Shown here: positions 50,732 to 59,793 of the stretch, piece after piece | How positions within the stretch are numbered: the first letter of the stretch is position 1 | Layout of the letters: every line of letters starts with the position of its first letter | Assembly: GCA_036406615.1 (NCBI GenBank) | Contig: DASXAQ010000103.1 | Span: forward strand, 4,574 to 68,573 | DNA from: Actinomycetota bacterium | Lineage (GTDB): Bacteria; Actinomycetota; UBA4738 | Length of the DNA: 64,000 bases | Direction: 5' to 3' | Notes under the pieces: model-generated | What the model saw: only the letters and a program-made list of their open reading frames with translations | What the model was told of the DNA's origin: nothing | Databases searched by the model: none | Translations under genes and position numbers: made by a program

Positions 50732-51610
50732 GTGGCCATCCTGCTTGACGAGCGATCTCGCGTCGTCGTGCACGGCATCACCGGGCGCGAGGGTTCGTTC
50801 CACGCGCTGCGCAACAAGGCGTACGGAACCAACGTCGTTGCCGGCATGACCCCCGGCAAGGCCGGCCAGTCGGTGGACGGCGTCCCCGTGTTCGACACCG
50901 TGACCGAGGCGGTGGACGAGACGGGCGCCGACACGTCGCTGATCTTCGTGCCGGCTCGGTTCGCGGGCGACGCGATCCTGGAGGCGGCCGACGCCGGCAT
51001 CGGGCTGATCGTGTGCATCACCGAAGGCATCCCCGTTCGGGACATGGCCGGGGTCGAGAACTACCTGCGCGGCAAGCCGCACCAGCTGGTCGGGCCGAAC
51101 TGCCCGGGCCTGATCTCGCCCGGCAAGGCCAACGTCGGGATCATCCCCTACGAGATCTGCGCGCCCGGCCCGGTCGGGCTGGTCTCGCGGTCCGGCACGC
51201 TCACGTACCAGATCGTCAACGAGCTCACGCAGCGCGGGATCGGGCAGTCGACGTGCGTGGGGATGGGCGGAGACCCGATCCACGGCGTGGGGTTCGTGGA
51301 ATCCCTCGAACGGTTCGAGGCCGACCCCGAGACGACCCTGATCGTGATGATCGGGGAGATCGGCGGCAGTGACGAGGAGACGGCCGCGGCGTACATCCGG
51401 GACCACGTGACCAAGCCCGTGGTCGCCTACGTCGCCGGGTTCGCCGCGCCGCCGGGCAAGCGCATGGGCCACGCGGGGGCGATCATCACGGGATCGAGCG
51501 GCACGGCGCAGGCCAAGTCCGACGCGCTGGAGGCGGCCGGCGTGCGCGTGGGACGCAACCCGACGGAGGTGGCCGACCTGGTGCGGGAGGCGCTGGCCAC
51601 GATCGGCTAG
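50732..51610 (+). CDS. sucD: Succinate--CoA ligase subunit alpha
   Basis: [14 protein letters not shown]...[11 protein letters not shown]...active-site His in GHAGAII. Confidence 0.95.
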   Translation: MAILLDERSRVVVHGITGREGSFHALRNKAYGTNVVAGMTPGKAGQSVDGVPVFDTVTEAVDETGADTSLIFVPARFAGDAILEAADAGIGLIVCITEGIPVRDMAGVENYLRGKPHQLVGPNCPGLISPGKANVGIIPYEICAPGPVGLVSRSGTLTYQIVNELTQRGIGQSTCVGMGGDPIHGVGFVESLERFEADPETTLIVMIGEIGGSDEETAAAYIRDHVTKPVVAYVAGFAAPPGKRMGHAGAIITGSSGTAQAKSDALEAAGVRVGRNPTEVADLVREALATIG

Positions 51611-51622
51611 GCTCCGCTCATC

Positions 51623-53167
51623 ATGGGGGACACGCCCGGGGACGCCGGCGATCCGAGCCCGGATGACCCCGGCGCAACCGGTACCGCCGGCGACGAGGAC
51701 CTCGGCGTCGTCCCCAGCCGGGCGCGACGCGGCCGCGATCGGCCGTCGCCGCTTCGGCTGCTGTCCGTCGGATGGGTCGCCACGATCGCATGGGCGCTCG
51801 CGGTGGCGGCGATCGTCGCCCTGCTCGCCGAAGCCGTCGTGGCGCTCGCCGCGTTCGCCGGCCACTCCTCGGCCGGTGTCGGCGAGGTGGCCCGCGCCGG
51901 CGGCATCCTGTTCCTGACGTTCCATCACGTCCCGATCGTGCTGGAGCCGCCGCGGACGCCGTCGGGACTGTCGTCCTTCGGCCTCATCGGCGGATTCCAG
52001 ATCGTCCTGGCGTTCGCGGCCCTGCTCGGAACGTGCGCCGTCGTGGCGGGGCTGTGGCTGGGCGGCCGCGCGGTCGCGGAGCGTGCCCCCGGGTCGGGAT
52101 GGATGCGGGCGCTGCACGGGACGAAGGTCGCGCTTCCGTACGCCGCCGCGTGCTTCGGCATCTCGTACCTGCTGGACATGGGGGTGCTCGTAAGCGCGGG
52201 GACGACGCAGCTCGGCCTGAGCTCCCAGGTCGTCTCGGTGGCGCCCGATCACCTGGCCGCGTTGCTCTGGCCGCTCGTCGTGGGCGCGGTCGCCGGATTC
52301 TCGGGCGGCGTGTTCGCGCGAACCGGGGGGGTCGAACCGGAGCGCGCTCTCCCCGACGCGCGGTTGCGCGCGGCGGTGGCCGGCGGCTGGACCATGGTGG
52401 TTCTGGGGCTGGCATTCGCGTTCGCCGGTCTGCTCGTGCTGGCGGTCGTGCACCCGCACACCGCCAACGCGTACGTGCACGGCATGTTTGCCGGCGGCAC
52501 GTTCCGAGGACTTGCGCTGCTGGTGCTGAACCTGCTGGCCGTGCCGAACATGGCGTCGTGGGTGCTGTTCCCCTCGATGGGAGCGTGCGTGGGAGGCTCC
52601 GCGTCGTTCACGTCATCGATCGGCCACGGCGCGGTGTCGCAGTGCCTGGTCTCGTACACGGCGTTCGGGTTCCACGGCGGCGGCGGCGCGATCCTGCAGG
52701 GCGCCGCGACGGGCGGTTTGCCGACGAACCCGGTGCCGGCCGCGTACTTCCTGTTCGTGGCCGTCCCGGTCGCCGCCGTCCTGCTCGGGGCACGCTCCGC
52801 GGTGCGGGCCGGCGGCGTACGGAGCCGAGCCGATGGCGCGGCGCTCGGGTCGCTGGCCGGCGTGGTGTACGGGCTCCTCGCGCTGGGGCTGGCACTCCTG
52901 TCCCAGATCATCATTCGGATCCACGCGACCGCGGCCGTCGCGACGGGGCGCCTCGGCGCGGGCGGTCAGCTTCGACTGGGTCCGTACGTGCTGATGGGTG
53001 GCGCGGTCGCGCTCGGCTGGGGAGTCGTCGTCGGCGCGTTCGGCGGCTGGCTCTTCGGCACGGGACCTCCGTCGATGGCTTCCGCCGGCGAATCCGTGCA
53101 GGGCGACCCTGCGCTCGACGTCGGGGCCGGGCTGCCGGAGGGCGGCCCCGACGCCCCGGGCCTGTGA
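51623..53167 (+). CDS. Hypothetical polytopic membrane protein (>=10 TM) following sucCD
   Basis: Long Ala/Gly/Leu-rich hydrophobic segments throughout. Acidic/Pro-rich N-terminus. No recognisable catalytic motif. Confidence 0.5.
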   Translation: MGDTPGDAGDPSPDDPGATGTAGDEDLGVVPSRARRGRDRPSPLRLLSVGWVATIAWALAVAAIVALLAEAVVALAAFAGHSSAGVGEVARAGGILFLTFHHVPIVLEPPRTPSGLSSFGLIGGFQIVLAFAALLGTCAVVAGLWLGGRAVAERAPGSGWMRALHGTKVALPYAAACFGISYLLDMGVLVSAGTTQLGLSSQVVSVAPDHLAALLWPLVVGAVAGFSGGVFARTGGVEPERALPDARLRAAVAGGWTMVVLGLAFAFAGLLVLAVVHPHTANAYVHGMFAGGTFRGLALLVLNLLAVPNMASWVLFPSMGACVGGSASFTSSIGHGAVSQCLVSYTAFGFHGGGGAILQGAATGGLPTNPVPAAYFLFVAVPVAAVLLGARSAVRAGGVRSRADGAALGSLAGVVYGLLALGLALLSQIIIRIHATAAVATGRLGAGGQLRLGPYVLMGGAVALGWGVVVGAFGGWLFGTGPPSMASAGESVQGDPALDVGAGLPEGGPDAPGL

Positions 53168-53266
53168 ACGGGCGAACGCACGGTAGCGGCCCGCTCGGGC
53201 GATGACGCCGGGGCCTCGCGTATACTCCCGAGGACGGTCCGACATCCACCGGGGGAGGTGACGAGC

Positions 53267-53329
53267 ATGGCCCACAACGCGCCGCACGCCGAAGAGGTCA
53301 CGCCCCGTCCCTCGAGGGCCGCCCGCTAA
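53267..53329 (+). CDS. Candidate 20-codon leader/small ORF (MAHNAPHAEEVTPRPSRAAR)
   Basis: A strong RBS (GGGGGAGGTG) sits 6 nt before the ATG. A TATACT -10-like hexamer lies at 53221, and a canonical terminator follows 30 nt downstream. Purely sequence-based. Confidence 0.25.
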   Translation: MAHNAPHAEEVTPRPSRAAR

Positions 53330-53359
53330 CCGCGCCCGAACTTCGAACTCCGCGCACGC

Positions 53360-53395
53360 CGGCCGCCCCATCGGGGCGGCCGTTCTCGTTTCTCC
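53360..53395 (+). terminator. Intrinsic terminator CGGCCGCCCC-atc-GGGGCGGCCG + TTCTCGTTTCTCC
   Basis: 10-bp GC stem with a 3-nt loop, followed immediately by a T-rich tract. It is the best rho-independent terminator in the window. Confidence 0.65.
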
Positions 53396-53504
53396 ACCCC
53401 ATGATCGAAGGAGGCCGTCATGTCCGAACCTGCCGCGCGCCGGCCACAGCCGCCGGCATCCCCGATCACCGACGTCACGTTCGATCCACCGACAGGAGGA
53501 CATC

Positions 53505-54233
53505 GTGCATCACGACGAGACCATCGAGGCCTTCCTCGATGCGGGTGACATCGCCGGCGTGATCCGGCCCATCAAGAGCGGCAAGGAGGCCTCCGTGTAC
53601 CTGTGCCGCGCGAACGGCTCGACCCGGGGCCCGGAACTGCTGGCGGCCAAGGTCTACCGGCCGCGGGACCATCGCGCGTTCCGCAACGACGCGGCGTACA
53701 AGGCAGGACGCGTCTTCACCGAGGGACGGGACCGGCGCGCGGTCCAGCGCCGCTCGTCGTTCGGTCGCGGCCTGGAGGAGGCGCTGTGGATCGACCACGA
53801 GTACGAGGTGCTGCGCACGCTCCACGCCTCGGGAGCCGACGTGCCCGAACCGATCGTCATGCGGGAGCGCGGCATCCTGATGGAGTACGTCGGCGACGAG
53901 CGGGATCCGGCCCCGCAGCTGCGCCAGGTGCGACTGGATCCGGGGGAGGCGGCGGCCGCGTTCGAACGGCTCATCTGGAACGTGGAGCTGGCGCTGTCGC
54001 ACAACGTGATCCATGCGGACCTGTCGCCGTTCAACGTGTTGTGGTGGGAGGGCCGCATGACGATCATCGATTTCCCGCAGGCCGTCGACCCGCGGTCGAA
54101 TCGAAACGCGCAGGGGCTGCTCGCGCGGGACGTGGAGCACGTGTGCGCCCACTTCCGCAAGGCGGGCGTGCCGGCCGACCCGGAGGCGATCCTGCGCGAC
54201 CTGTGGGTGCGGTTCCTGTTCGCGGAGCTGTGA
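53505..54233 (+). CDS. RIO-type atypical serine protein kinase
   Basis: Lys-containing SVYLCRANGS...LLAAKVYRP ATP-binding region, ILMEYVGD hinge, and HADLSPFNVLWWEG catalytic loop, as in RIO1/RIO2 kinases. GTG start follows a GGAGGA RBS. Confidence 0.75.
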   Translation: MHHDETIEAFLDAGDIAGVIRPIKSGKEASVYLCRANGSTRGPELLAAKVYRPRDHRAFRNDAAYKAGRVFTEGRDRRAVQRRSSFGRGLEEALWIDHEYEVLRTLHASGADVPEPIVMRERGILMEYVGDERDPAPQLRQVRLDPGEAAAAFERLIWNVELALSHNVIHADLSPFNVLWWEGRMTIIDFPQAVDPRSNRNAQGLLARDVEHVCAHFRKAGVPADPEAILRDLWVRFLFAEL

Positions 54234-54375
54234 TCGCGCTCGCCGTTCGGCGCTAGGCCCAAAGACCTATTGCGGCTCCCCCGCCCGAGCAGGGACCATC
54301 CCTGCGGAGCTAGGATGAGCGGCTTCCCCGCATGGGGGAAGAGACCCAGGGGAAGCCGGGGGGGTCGGATTCGTC

Positions 54376-55932
54376 ATGAGCGAACGGCTGCAGGAGGCGG
54401 CCGAGCTGGCGCGCTACGAGCGCCGCCGAAGGCTGCAGCGCGAGATCGCCCGCTTCGTCGACCCGGGCGAGCGGGTGATCGAGGTGACGGCGGGTCGGAT
54501 CGCCACGCCCGGCAGCGCCCATGACGGCGCGGCGGTGCGCGTCGCGGTCACCGACCGGCGGCTCCTGGTCCTGCGCAAGATGGCGTTTCGACAGTTCGCC
54601 GTCGACGAGTTCGGCTACGCGGACGTGGCCGTGTCCCTCGGCTTCACCGCCCAGGCCGGCGGGCTGCTCGTCCTGGAGGATCCGGGCAAGCGGGTCGCCG
54701 TCGACGGCGTGCCGGAGTTCGACCTGCAGCCGCTGTACGCCGCGTGCGGGCCGCGCACGGGACCCGACCGCGTCAAGATCTCGCTCGAGGTGGCGCAGCC
54801 CGTCGCCGCGCTGTCGCTCGCGCGGGGCCCCGGCGAACGTCGCGGGGACAGGCCTGGAGACGATCCGGCCGCGGATGCGATCGACGTCTTCGCGAGCGAC
54901 GACGGAGGTGCCGAAGGCGATCGCGACGACGTCGCACCGGACGGGTCCGAGACGTCGCCCGCCGTCTACGACATGGACGGCCTCCCGCCGGATCCTCCCC
55001 GGCCGCCACGCCACGTGGTCGCCGACGCGCAGGCGAGCATCCTGCGATGGCTCGTGGCGCAGACGGGAGCCCGCGCCGCCATGTACCTGGGCGTCTCCTC
55101 GACGGGGGAGGAGCGTCTGCTCATCGAGCCGCGCCGGCTGGACGCCGACACGGTGACCGATTTGCTGCGACAGGCTCGCCACGAGCTGACGCTCGGTGAG
55201 CCGCGCGATCGCGACGGTGGACCCGCGGCGCTTCGGTGGAGCGACGAGGGTGGTGACAACATCCTGCTGCTTGCCGGCGCACGCGCCGAAACGCGCGAGC
55301 GTGCGCGCTTCGCACGCTTCGTCATCGAGTGGCTCGACGTGCCCGTCGCGCCGCCACAGGCCGGCCCGGAAGCGACGGAGCCGACGATCCGGCTCGAGGA
55401 AGCCGCGCCGGAGCCCGAGGCCGCAGAGCCCCCGGAGCCCCCGGGACCCGGCGGCTGGGCCCCGCCCGAGCGGCGTTCCGACCGGCCGGCGATCGCGTCC
55501 TCGGCACCAGCCCCTTCCGGACAGCCCGGCGGCACCGCGGAGCCACGTGCCACCCTGCTGGCCGTCGACGTCGACGAGGAGTCCGGCCGTCCCGCCGCCG
55601 AGGTCCGGCTGCGCTGGCGGGGCCGCGAGCTGACCGGCGTGGGGTTCGGCCACACCACCGTCGTCGGCCGGCACCTGGCCGCCGCGCGAGCCACGCTGGA
55701 GGCGCTGGCGCCCGCCGTCGGCCGGGAGGCGCTGATCGAGCACCTCTATCTGACGTACCCGCCGATGGACGTGGAGCTCGTCGTGGTCGTCGTGGCGATC
55801 GCGGGCGAGCGGTTCGTGGGCGCGGCCGCGGTCGAGCGAGGGGCGGAGGACCTGGGGGCGGCGCGGGCGGTGCTCGACGCGCTCAACCGGCAGCTCGCGA
55901 CGCTATCGGGAACGGCCACGCTCGAGCGTTGA
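54376..55932 (+). CDS. Hypothetical protein (518 aa) with acidic/Pro-rich linkers
   Basis: Long ORF with coding-like periodicity. The N-terminal ~120 aa (TDRRLLVLRKMAFRQFAVDEFGYADV) resembles a bacterial PH/GRAM-like fold. No catalytic motif recognised. Confidence 0.5.
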   Translation: MSERLQEAAELARYERRRRLQREIARFVDPGERVIEVTAGRIATPGSAHDGAAVRVAVTDRRLLVLRKMAFRQFAVDEFGYADVAVSLGFTAQAGGLLVLEDPGKRVAVDGVPEFDLQPLYAACGPRTGPDRVKISLEVAQPVAALSLARGPGERRGDRPGDDPAADAIDVFASDDGGAEGDRDDVAPDGSETSPAVYDMDGLPPDPPRPPRHVVADAQASILRWLVAQTGARAAMYLGVSSTGEERLLIEPRRLDADTVTDLLRQARHELTLGEPRDRDGGPAALRWSDEGGDNILLLAGARAETRERARFARFVIEWLDVPVAPPQAGPEATEPTIRLEEAAPEPEAAEPPEPPGPGGWAPPERRSDRPAIASSAPAPSGQPGGTAEPRATLLAVDVDEESGRPAAEVRLRWRGRELTGVGFGHTTVVGRHLAAARATLEALAPAVGREALIEHLYLTYPPMDVELVVVVVAIAGERFVGAAAVERGAEDLGAARAVLDALNRQLATLSGTATLER

Positions 55933-56092
55933 GGCCGTTCGCGGCCGGTTTCTTCCGATCGGGGTCCCCCGTGCGGGGGAAGGAAAGATCACGCTCGATG
56001 CTTGCGCGGCATGGGCCAGGTGCGGGCGTAGAATGAGCCGACAATCCCCCATCGGGCTACACATCCGTAGCTAATCTGTCGATACCTCAACC

Positions 56093-56743
56093 ATGTCCAT
56101 CAAGCTGGTCATCGCCGACGATCACGGCCTCGTCCGGCAGAGCCTCCGCCAGTACCTCGAAATGGAAGAAGACATCGAGGTCATCGGCGAGGCCTCCAAG
56201 GGCAGCGAGGTCATCGACCTGCTCGAGCATCCGGGCGCCGAAGGCCTGCCCGACGTCGTGTTGCTCGACACCCGCATGCCCGAGACCGACGGGTTGGACG
56301 CGGCGCGCAAGATCCGCGCCGGCCACTCGGAGGTCGGGGTGGTCATGCTCTCCGCCTACGACGATCCGCAGTTCGTCGTGGAGGCGTTGCGCGCGGGGGC
56401 GCAGGCGTACGTGCTGAAGAACAAGGACGTGCAGTACCTGATCCAGACCGTGCGCCTCGTGGCCGAGGGCCGCATCGTGATCGACCCCGATCTCGCGCCG
56501 GCGCTGGCCGAGGGGCTCACGCCCGGCAAGAGCGGCGTCAAGCGGACCGACACGCTCACGACGCGGGAGATGGAGGTGCTGCAGCTGCTGGCGTTCGGCA
56601 ACACGAACAAGGACATCGCCGAGCGCCTGTCCATCTCTCCGGAGACCGTGAAGGCACATCTCGAGCACATCTTCGAGAAGCTGCAGGTCTCCGACCGCGC
56701 CGCCGCCGTCGCGAAAGCGTTTCGCCGGGGCCTGATCGAGTAG
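56093..56743 (+). CDS. Two-component response regulator, NarL/FixJ (LuxR-HTH) family, orphan
   Basis: Receiver domain VIADDHGLVRQ...VVLLDTRMPETDG...VVMLSAYDD and C-terminal LuxR HTH LTTREMEVLQLLAFGNTNKDIAERLSISPETVKAHLEHIF. No histidine kinase gene is adjacent. Confidence 0.9.
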   Translation: MSIKLVIADDHGLVRQSLRQYLEMEEDIEVIGEASKGSEVIDLLEHPGAEGLPDVVLLDTRMPETDGLDAARKIRAGHSEVGVVMLSAYDDPQFVVEALRAGAQAYVLKNKDVQYLIQTVRLVAEGRIVIDPDLAPALAEGLTPGKSGVKRTDTLTTREMEVLQLLAFGNTNKDIAERLSISPETVKAHLEHIFEKLQVSDRAAAVAKAFRRGLIE

Positions 56744-56786
56744 TCGCCGTCGCCCCTTCCGGCGACGGTGCACGGCGTTCCGCGCG

Positions 56787-57425
56787 TCAGCCGCGTCCGG
56801 CGCGTTCCAAGTTCGAACGCCTCCCGCCCGAGGAGGGTTCGTCGTGGGGCGCGATCCGCATCGCGGCGCCGATCAACGCGAGCGCGGCGCCCGCCATCGG
56901 CGCGATCCAGGCGTAGGCCCACACCCGGGAGAAGGCGGATGGGGGTCGCAGGGCGTGCAGCCCAGCTCCCATGACCACGAGCAGCGCGAGCCCGGCGATG
57001 GCGGCCGCCTCGAGCCGTGGATCCCGCGGCCGCCGGTGCCACGCGATCGTGACCACCAGCCCGGCCAGGGCTGCCGCCGCCGCCAGCAGCGACCAGTGGG
57101 GAGTCCACGCCTGAAGGAACCCCGACGCGTCCCCATACCGGGACCACGGCAGCACCGACACGGCGACCACCAACCCGAACCCGGTGAGCGTCAGCGCCTC
57201 GCCGCGCGGGCCGATCGGTGCAGGCGCGGCGACCGGTTCTGCCACCTCTTCGAGCACGACGGACAGGCATTCGCCGCCGACCAGCGCGCCCCGCACGGGG
57301 ATCGCGCACGCCAGGCACAGGGGCCGCCCGCATGCCTCGCAATTGCCCACGGCGGAGGCCGTCGGGTGCACGGCGCAGCGGCCGGGCCTCGGCGCCGCCT
57401 CGCCCCGCTGTTCGGACACGGCGAC
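56787..57425 (-). CDS. Hypothetical membrane protein with an N-terminal zinc ribbon
   Basis: CAVHPTASAVGNCEACGRPLCLAC followed by ~4 hydrophobic helices. The start is uncertain (GTG candidates 57400-57430). Lies 43 bp downstream of the HTH-TPR regulator on the same strand. Confidence 0.45.
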   Translation of the reverse strand, partial: VAVSEQRGEAAPRPGRCAVHPTASAVGNCEACGRPLCLACAIPVRGALVGGECLSVVLEEVAEPVAAPAPIGPRGEALTLTGFGLVVAVSVLPWSRYGDASGFLQAWTPHWSLLAAAAALAGLVVTIAWHRRPRDPRLEAAAIAGLALLVVMGAGLHALRPPSAFSRVWAYAWIAPMAGAALALIGAAMRIAPHDEPSSGGRRSNLERAGRG

Positions 57426-57468
57426 AAGCCTACGCGCTCTCGCGCGCTGGCCTCGGGCGCCGGTGAGC

Positions 57469-58770
57469 TCATCGAGTCCCCGGAGCCTCCCGCGACCACG
57501 AGGACGGCTCCAGCACGCCGAGCCCGGCGCGCATCGCCTCCACACCGCCGTCGACGTTGCCGGCGTCCAGCTCGATCTCCCCGAGCTCGCGCCAGCACAG
57601 CGCCGCCTCCTGGCGGCCGCCGTGGCGCTCGAAGACGGCCGCAGCCTCGTGCAGGGTGGGCTTCGCCTCGTCGGTGCGGCCGAGCTCGCGCAGCACCCGG
57701 CCCTTCAGCAGCAGCGATCGCGCGCGCTCCAGCCCGTCCTGGGAGGGCATGTCGATCGCGCGCTCGACGTGGTCCAGCGCCTCCTGGAAGGATCGCTCCA
57801 GGTAGGCGAGACGCGCACGCTCCTGTTCGACGAACGCCAGGTCGTCCTCGCGGCCCATTCGTTCGAGCGTGGCCTGGGCGCGATCCAGGTGCTCTCGCGC
57901 CTCGGCCAGGCGGGGCGGGTTCGTCTCCAGGCACAGGAACGCGTAGGCGTTGTGCAGTCGCGCGACGTTGCGCTGATCGTCCAGCTCCTCCATCAGCACG
58001 CGCGCGCGGGTCGCGAGGTCCAGCGCCTCGTCCCACTTGCCCATCTCGGCGAACAGCTGGCTGGCGTTCCAGTAGGCGCCGGCGCGAACCTCGACCGGAA
58101 TGGTCTCGTCGGCCTGGGACAGGGCGCGCCCCGCGGCGCGCTCGGCGCGGTGGATGTCCCCGCGCTCGACGTAGACCGAGACCAGCACGGCGTGGATGGC
58201 CACCGCCACCGTGGGGTCGAGCGGCCCCTGGTCGCGGCGGTTGAGATGGCCCTCGAGAAGCTCCACGGCGTAGGCCAGATCGCCCATCGTTCGGTATGCC
58301 GCGCCAAGGCCGACCAGCGCGATGCCGGCCTCGCGGCTGGGCAGCGACCCGTCCAGGGCCTCCTCGTACGCCTCGATGGCCTCGCGGACGCGGCCCCCCT
58401 GCGTCAGGACGTCGCCCAGCAGGGCGTTCCCCCGCGCGGCCGTGGTCGCCAGCCCGTAGCCCGCCGCCTCCTGGATGGTCTCCCGCGCCGTCCGCTCGGC
58501 CGGCTCCAGCCGGCGTTCCCGCAGCGCGGCGCGCCCCTGCTCGATCCGGTACCCGAGGCGGCGATCCGCCCCCTCGGGGACGCCGGTCGCGAGGTACTCG
58601 GGGGAGGTGCCCAGGCGCTCGGCGAAGTACGCCATGGCCTCGGGTGAGGGAGTCCGGCGGCCCGCCTCGATCTGGGTGACGTAGCTGCCGGTGTACTTGG
58701 GCTTGGCCAGGGCGACCTTGGTCAGCCCTGCCCTGGTCCGGAGCTCCGTGAAACGCGCAGCCAGGTCCAT
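57469..58770 (-). CDS. XRE-family HTH + tetratricopeptide-repeat transcriptional regulator (RNPP/Rgg-like architecture)
   Basis: N-terminal HTH LTKVALAKPKYTGSYVTQIEAGRRTPS, then ~370 aa of TPR-like helical repeats (AIEAYEEAL, ALVGLGAAYRTMGDLAYAVELLEGHL, AYWNASQLFAEMGKWDEAL...). Start taken at the ATG at 58770 (MDLAARFTELR). Confidence 0.8.
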   Translation of the reverse strand: MDLAARFTELRTRAGLTKVALAKPKYTGSYVTQIEAGRRTPSPEAMAYFAERLGTSPEYLATGVPEGADRRLGYRIEQGRAALRERRLEPAERTARETIQEAAGYGLATTAARGNALLGDVLTQGGRVREAIEAYEEALDGSLPSREAGIALVGLGAAYRTMGDLAYAVELLEGHLNRRDQGPLDPTVAVAIHAVLVSVYVERGDIHRAERAAGRALSQADETIPVEVRAGAYWNASQLFAEMGKWDEALDLATRARVLMEELDDQRNVARLHNAYAFLCLETNPPRLAEAREHLDRAQATLERMGREDDLAFVEQERARLAYLERSFQEALDHVERAIDMPSQDGLERARSLLLKGRVLRELGRTDEAKPTLHEAAAVFERHGGRQEAALCWRELGEIELDAGNVDGGVEAMRAGLGVLEPSSWSREAPGTR

Positions 58771-58917
58771 CAGTTTCACTTTAGCCCGGCCAAATACCCA
58801 TATGCCATCAGGGGAAAGGCCGGATCGCCCAACCCGAATTTGACGTAGGCCGGTGACGCTCGGTTTAGTACATGAGTTAGCCTTTCGGTCCTCGACCAAA
58901 GGAAAGGAGGGGGATCA

Positions 58918-59016
58918 ATGAAGCGAATCGCTCGCATCGCTTCCGTGCTGATCGGGCTCGCCGGCCTGGCTGCCATGGTGCTCGCCGGCAGCGCCGGGTT
59001 CCCGCACTGGCCGTAG
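58918..59016 (+). CDS. Candidate exported signalling pro-peptide, 32 aa: MKRIARIASVLIGLAGLAAMVLAGSAGFPHWP
   Basis: Not in the ORF track because it is under 60 aa. Found by reading: consensus RBS AAAGGAAAGGAGGGGG 7 nt before the ATG, a K/R n-region, a hydrophobic core, an A-x-A-like site (GSA|G), and a C-terminal GFPHWP. It lies 147 bp from, and divergent to, the HTH-TPR regulator. Confidence 0.4.
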   Translation: MKRIARIASVLIGLAGLAAMVLAGSAGFPHWP

Positions 59017-59144
59017 GCGAACCCCGCACACGGTGCCGGAACGCCCGGCGCGGGCGCTCCTTCCCCAGCCGCGCGCGCCGGGTCGTTCCGGCCATCCCCC
59101 CGGCGTTTGACACTCGCTCGCCGCCCCCATAGCTTTGCCCGGTC

Positions 59145-59765
59145 GTGGAGGACGCTCGCATCGCAGTGCTCGCATCGGGCACCGGAACCAACCTCGAGAA
59201 GCTGCTGGACGACGCTCGCGTCGGTCCGCTGATCGCGCTCGTCGTCTCGGACGTGCCGGGAGCCGGCGCGCTCGAACGGGCTCGCAAGCGCGGCGTGAAG
59301 GCCGTCGTGCTGGATCCGGCCGCGTACGCGTCGCGCGAGCTGCACGACGCCGCGCTGGAGACGCTGCTCGAGGAGGAGGCCATCGAGTTCGTCCTCAACG
59401 CCGGCTACATGCGGATCATCGGCCCGACGGCCGTGCGCGCCTTCGAGCACCGGATGCTGAACGTGCACCCGTCGCTACTGCCGGCGTTTCCCGGCGCGCA
59501 CGCGGTGCGCGACGCCCTCGACTGGGGGGCGAAGGTCACCGGCGTCACGGTGCACCTGGTCGACGAGGAGCTCGACCACGGCCCGATCGTGTTGCAGGAG
59601 GCCGTGCCCGTGCTGCCGGACGACGACGAACGGTCCCTGCACGCGCGGCTCCAGCAGGCGGAGCACCGCGTGTACCCCGCCGCCGCGCGGCTGCTGGTCG
59701 AGGGACGCCTGAAGATCGAGGGCCGCCGCGTGCACGTCCTGGACGGCGGGGCCGGCCCCGAGTGA
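59145..59765 (+). CDS. purN: Phosphoribosylglycinamide formyltransferase
   Basis: IAVLASGTGTNL...NAGYMRIIGP...NVHPSLLPAFPGAHAV matches PurN. Confidence 0.92.
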   Translation: MEDARIAVLASGTGTNLEKLLDDARVGPLIALVVSDVPGAGALERARKRGVKAVVLDPAAYASRELHDAALETLLEEEAIEFVLNAGYMRIIGPTAVRAFEHRMLNVHPSLLPAFPGAHAVRDALDWGAKVTGVTVHLVDEELDHGPIVLQEAVPVLPDDDERSLHARLQQAEHRVYPAAARLLVEGRLKIEGRRVHVLDGGAGPE

Positions 59766-59793
59766 TCTCGCTGGCGGGCAAGGGTCCGGCGGC

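Noticed and set aside
58771-58917. CCGGCC...GGCCGG and CATATG palindromes in the regulator/peptide intergenic region as a defined operator.
   Set aside because: The repeats are short (6 bp) and GC-rich, so they are expected by chance in this genome. They are noted only as part of the peptide-cassette finding, not as a separate feature.
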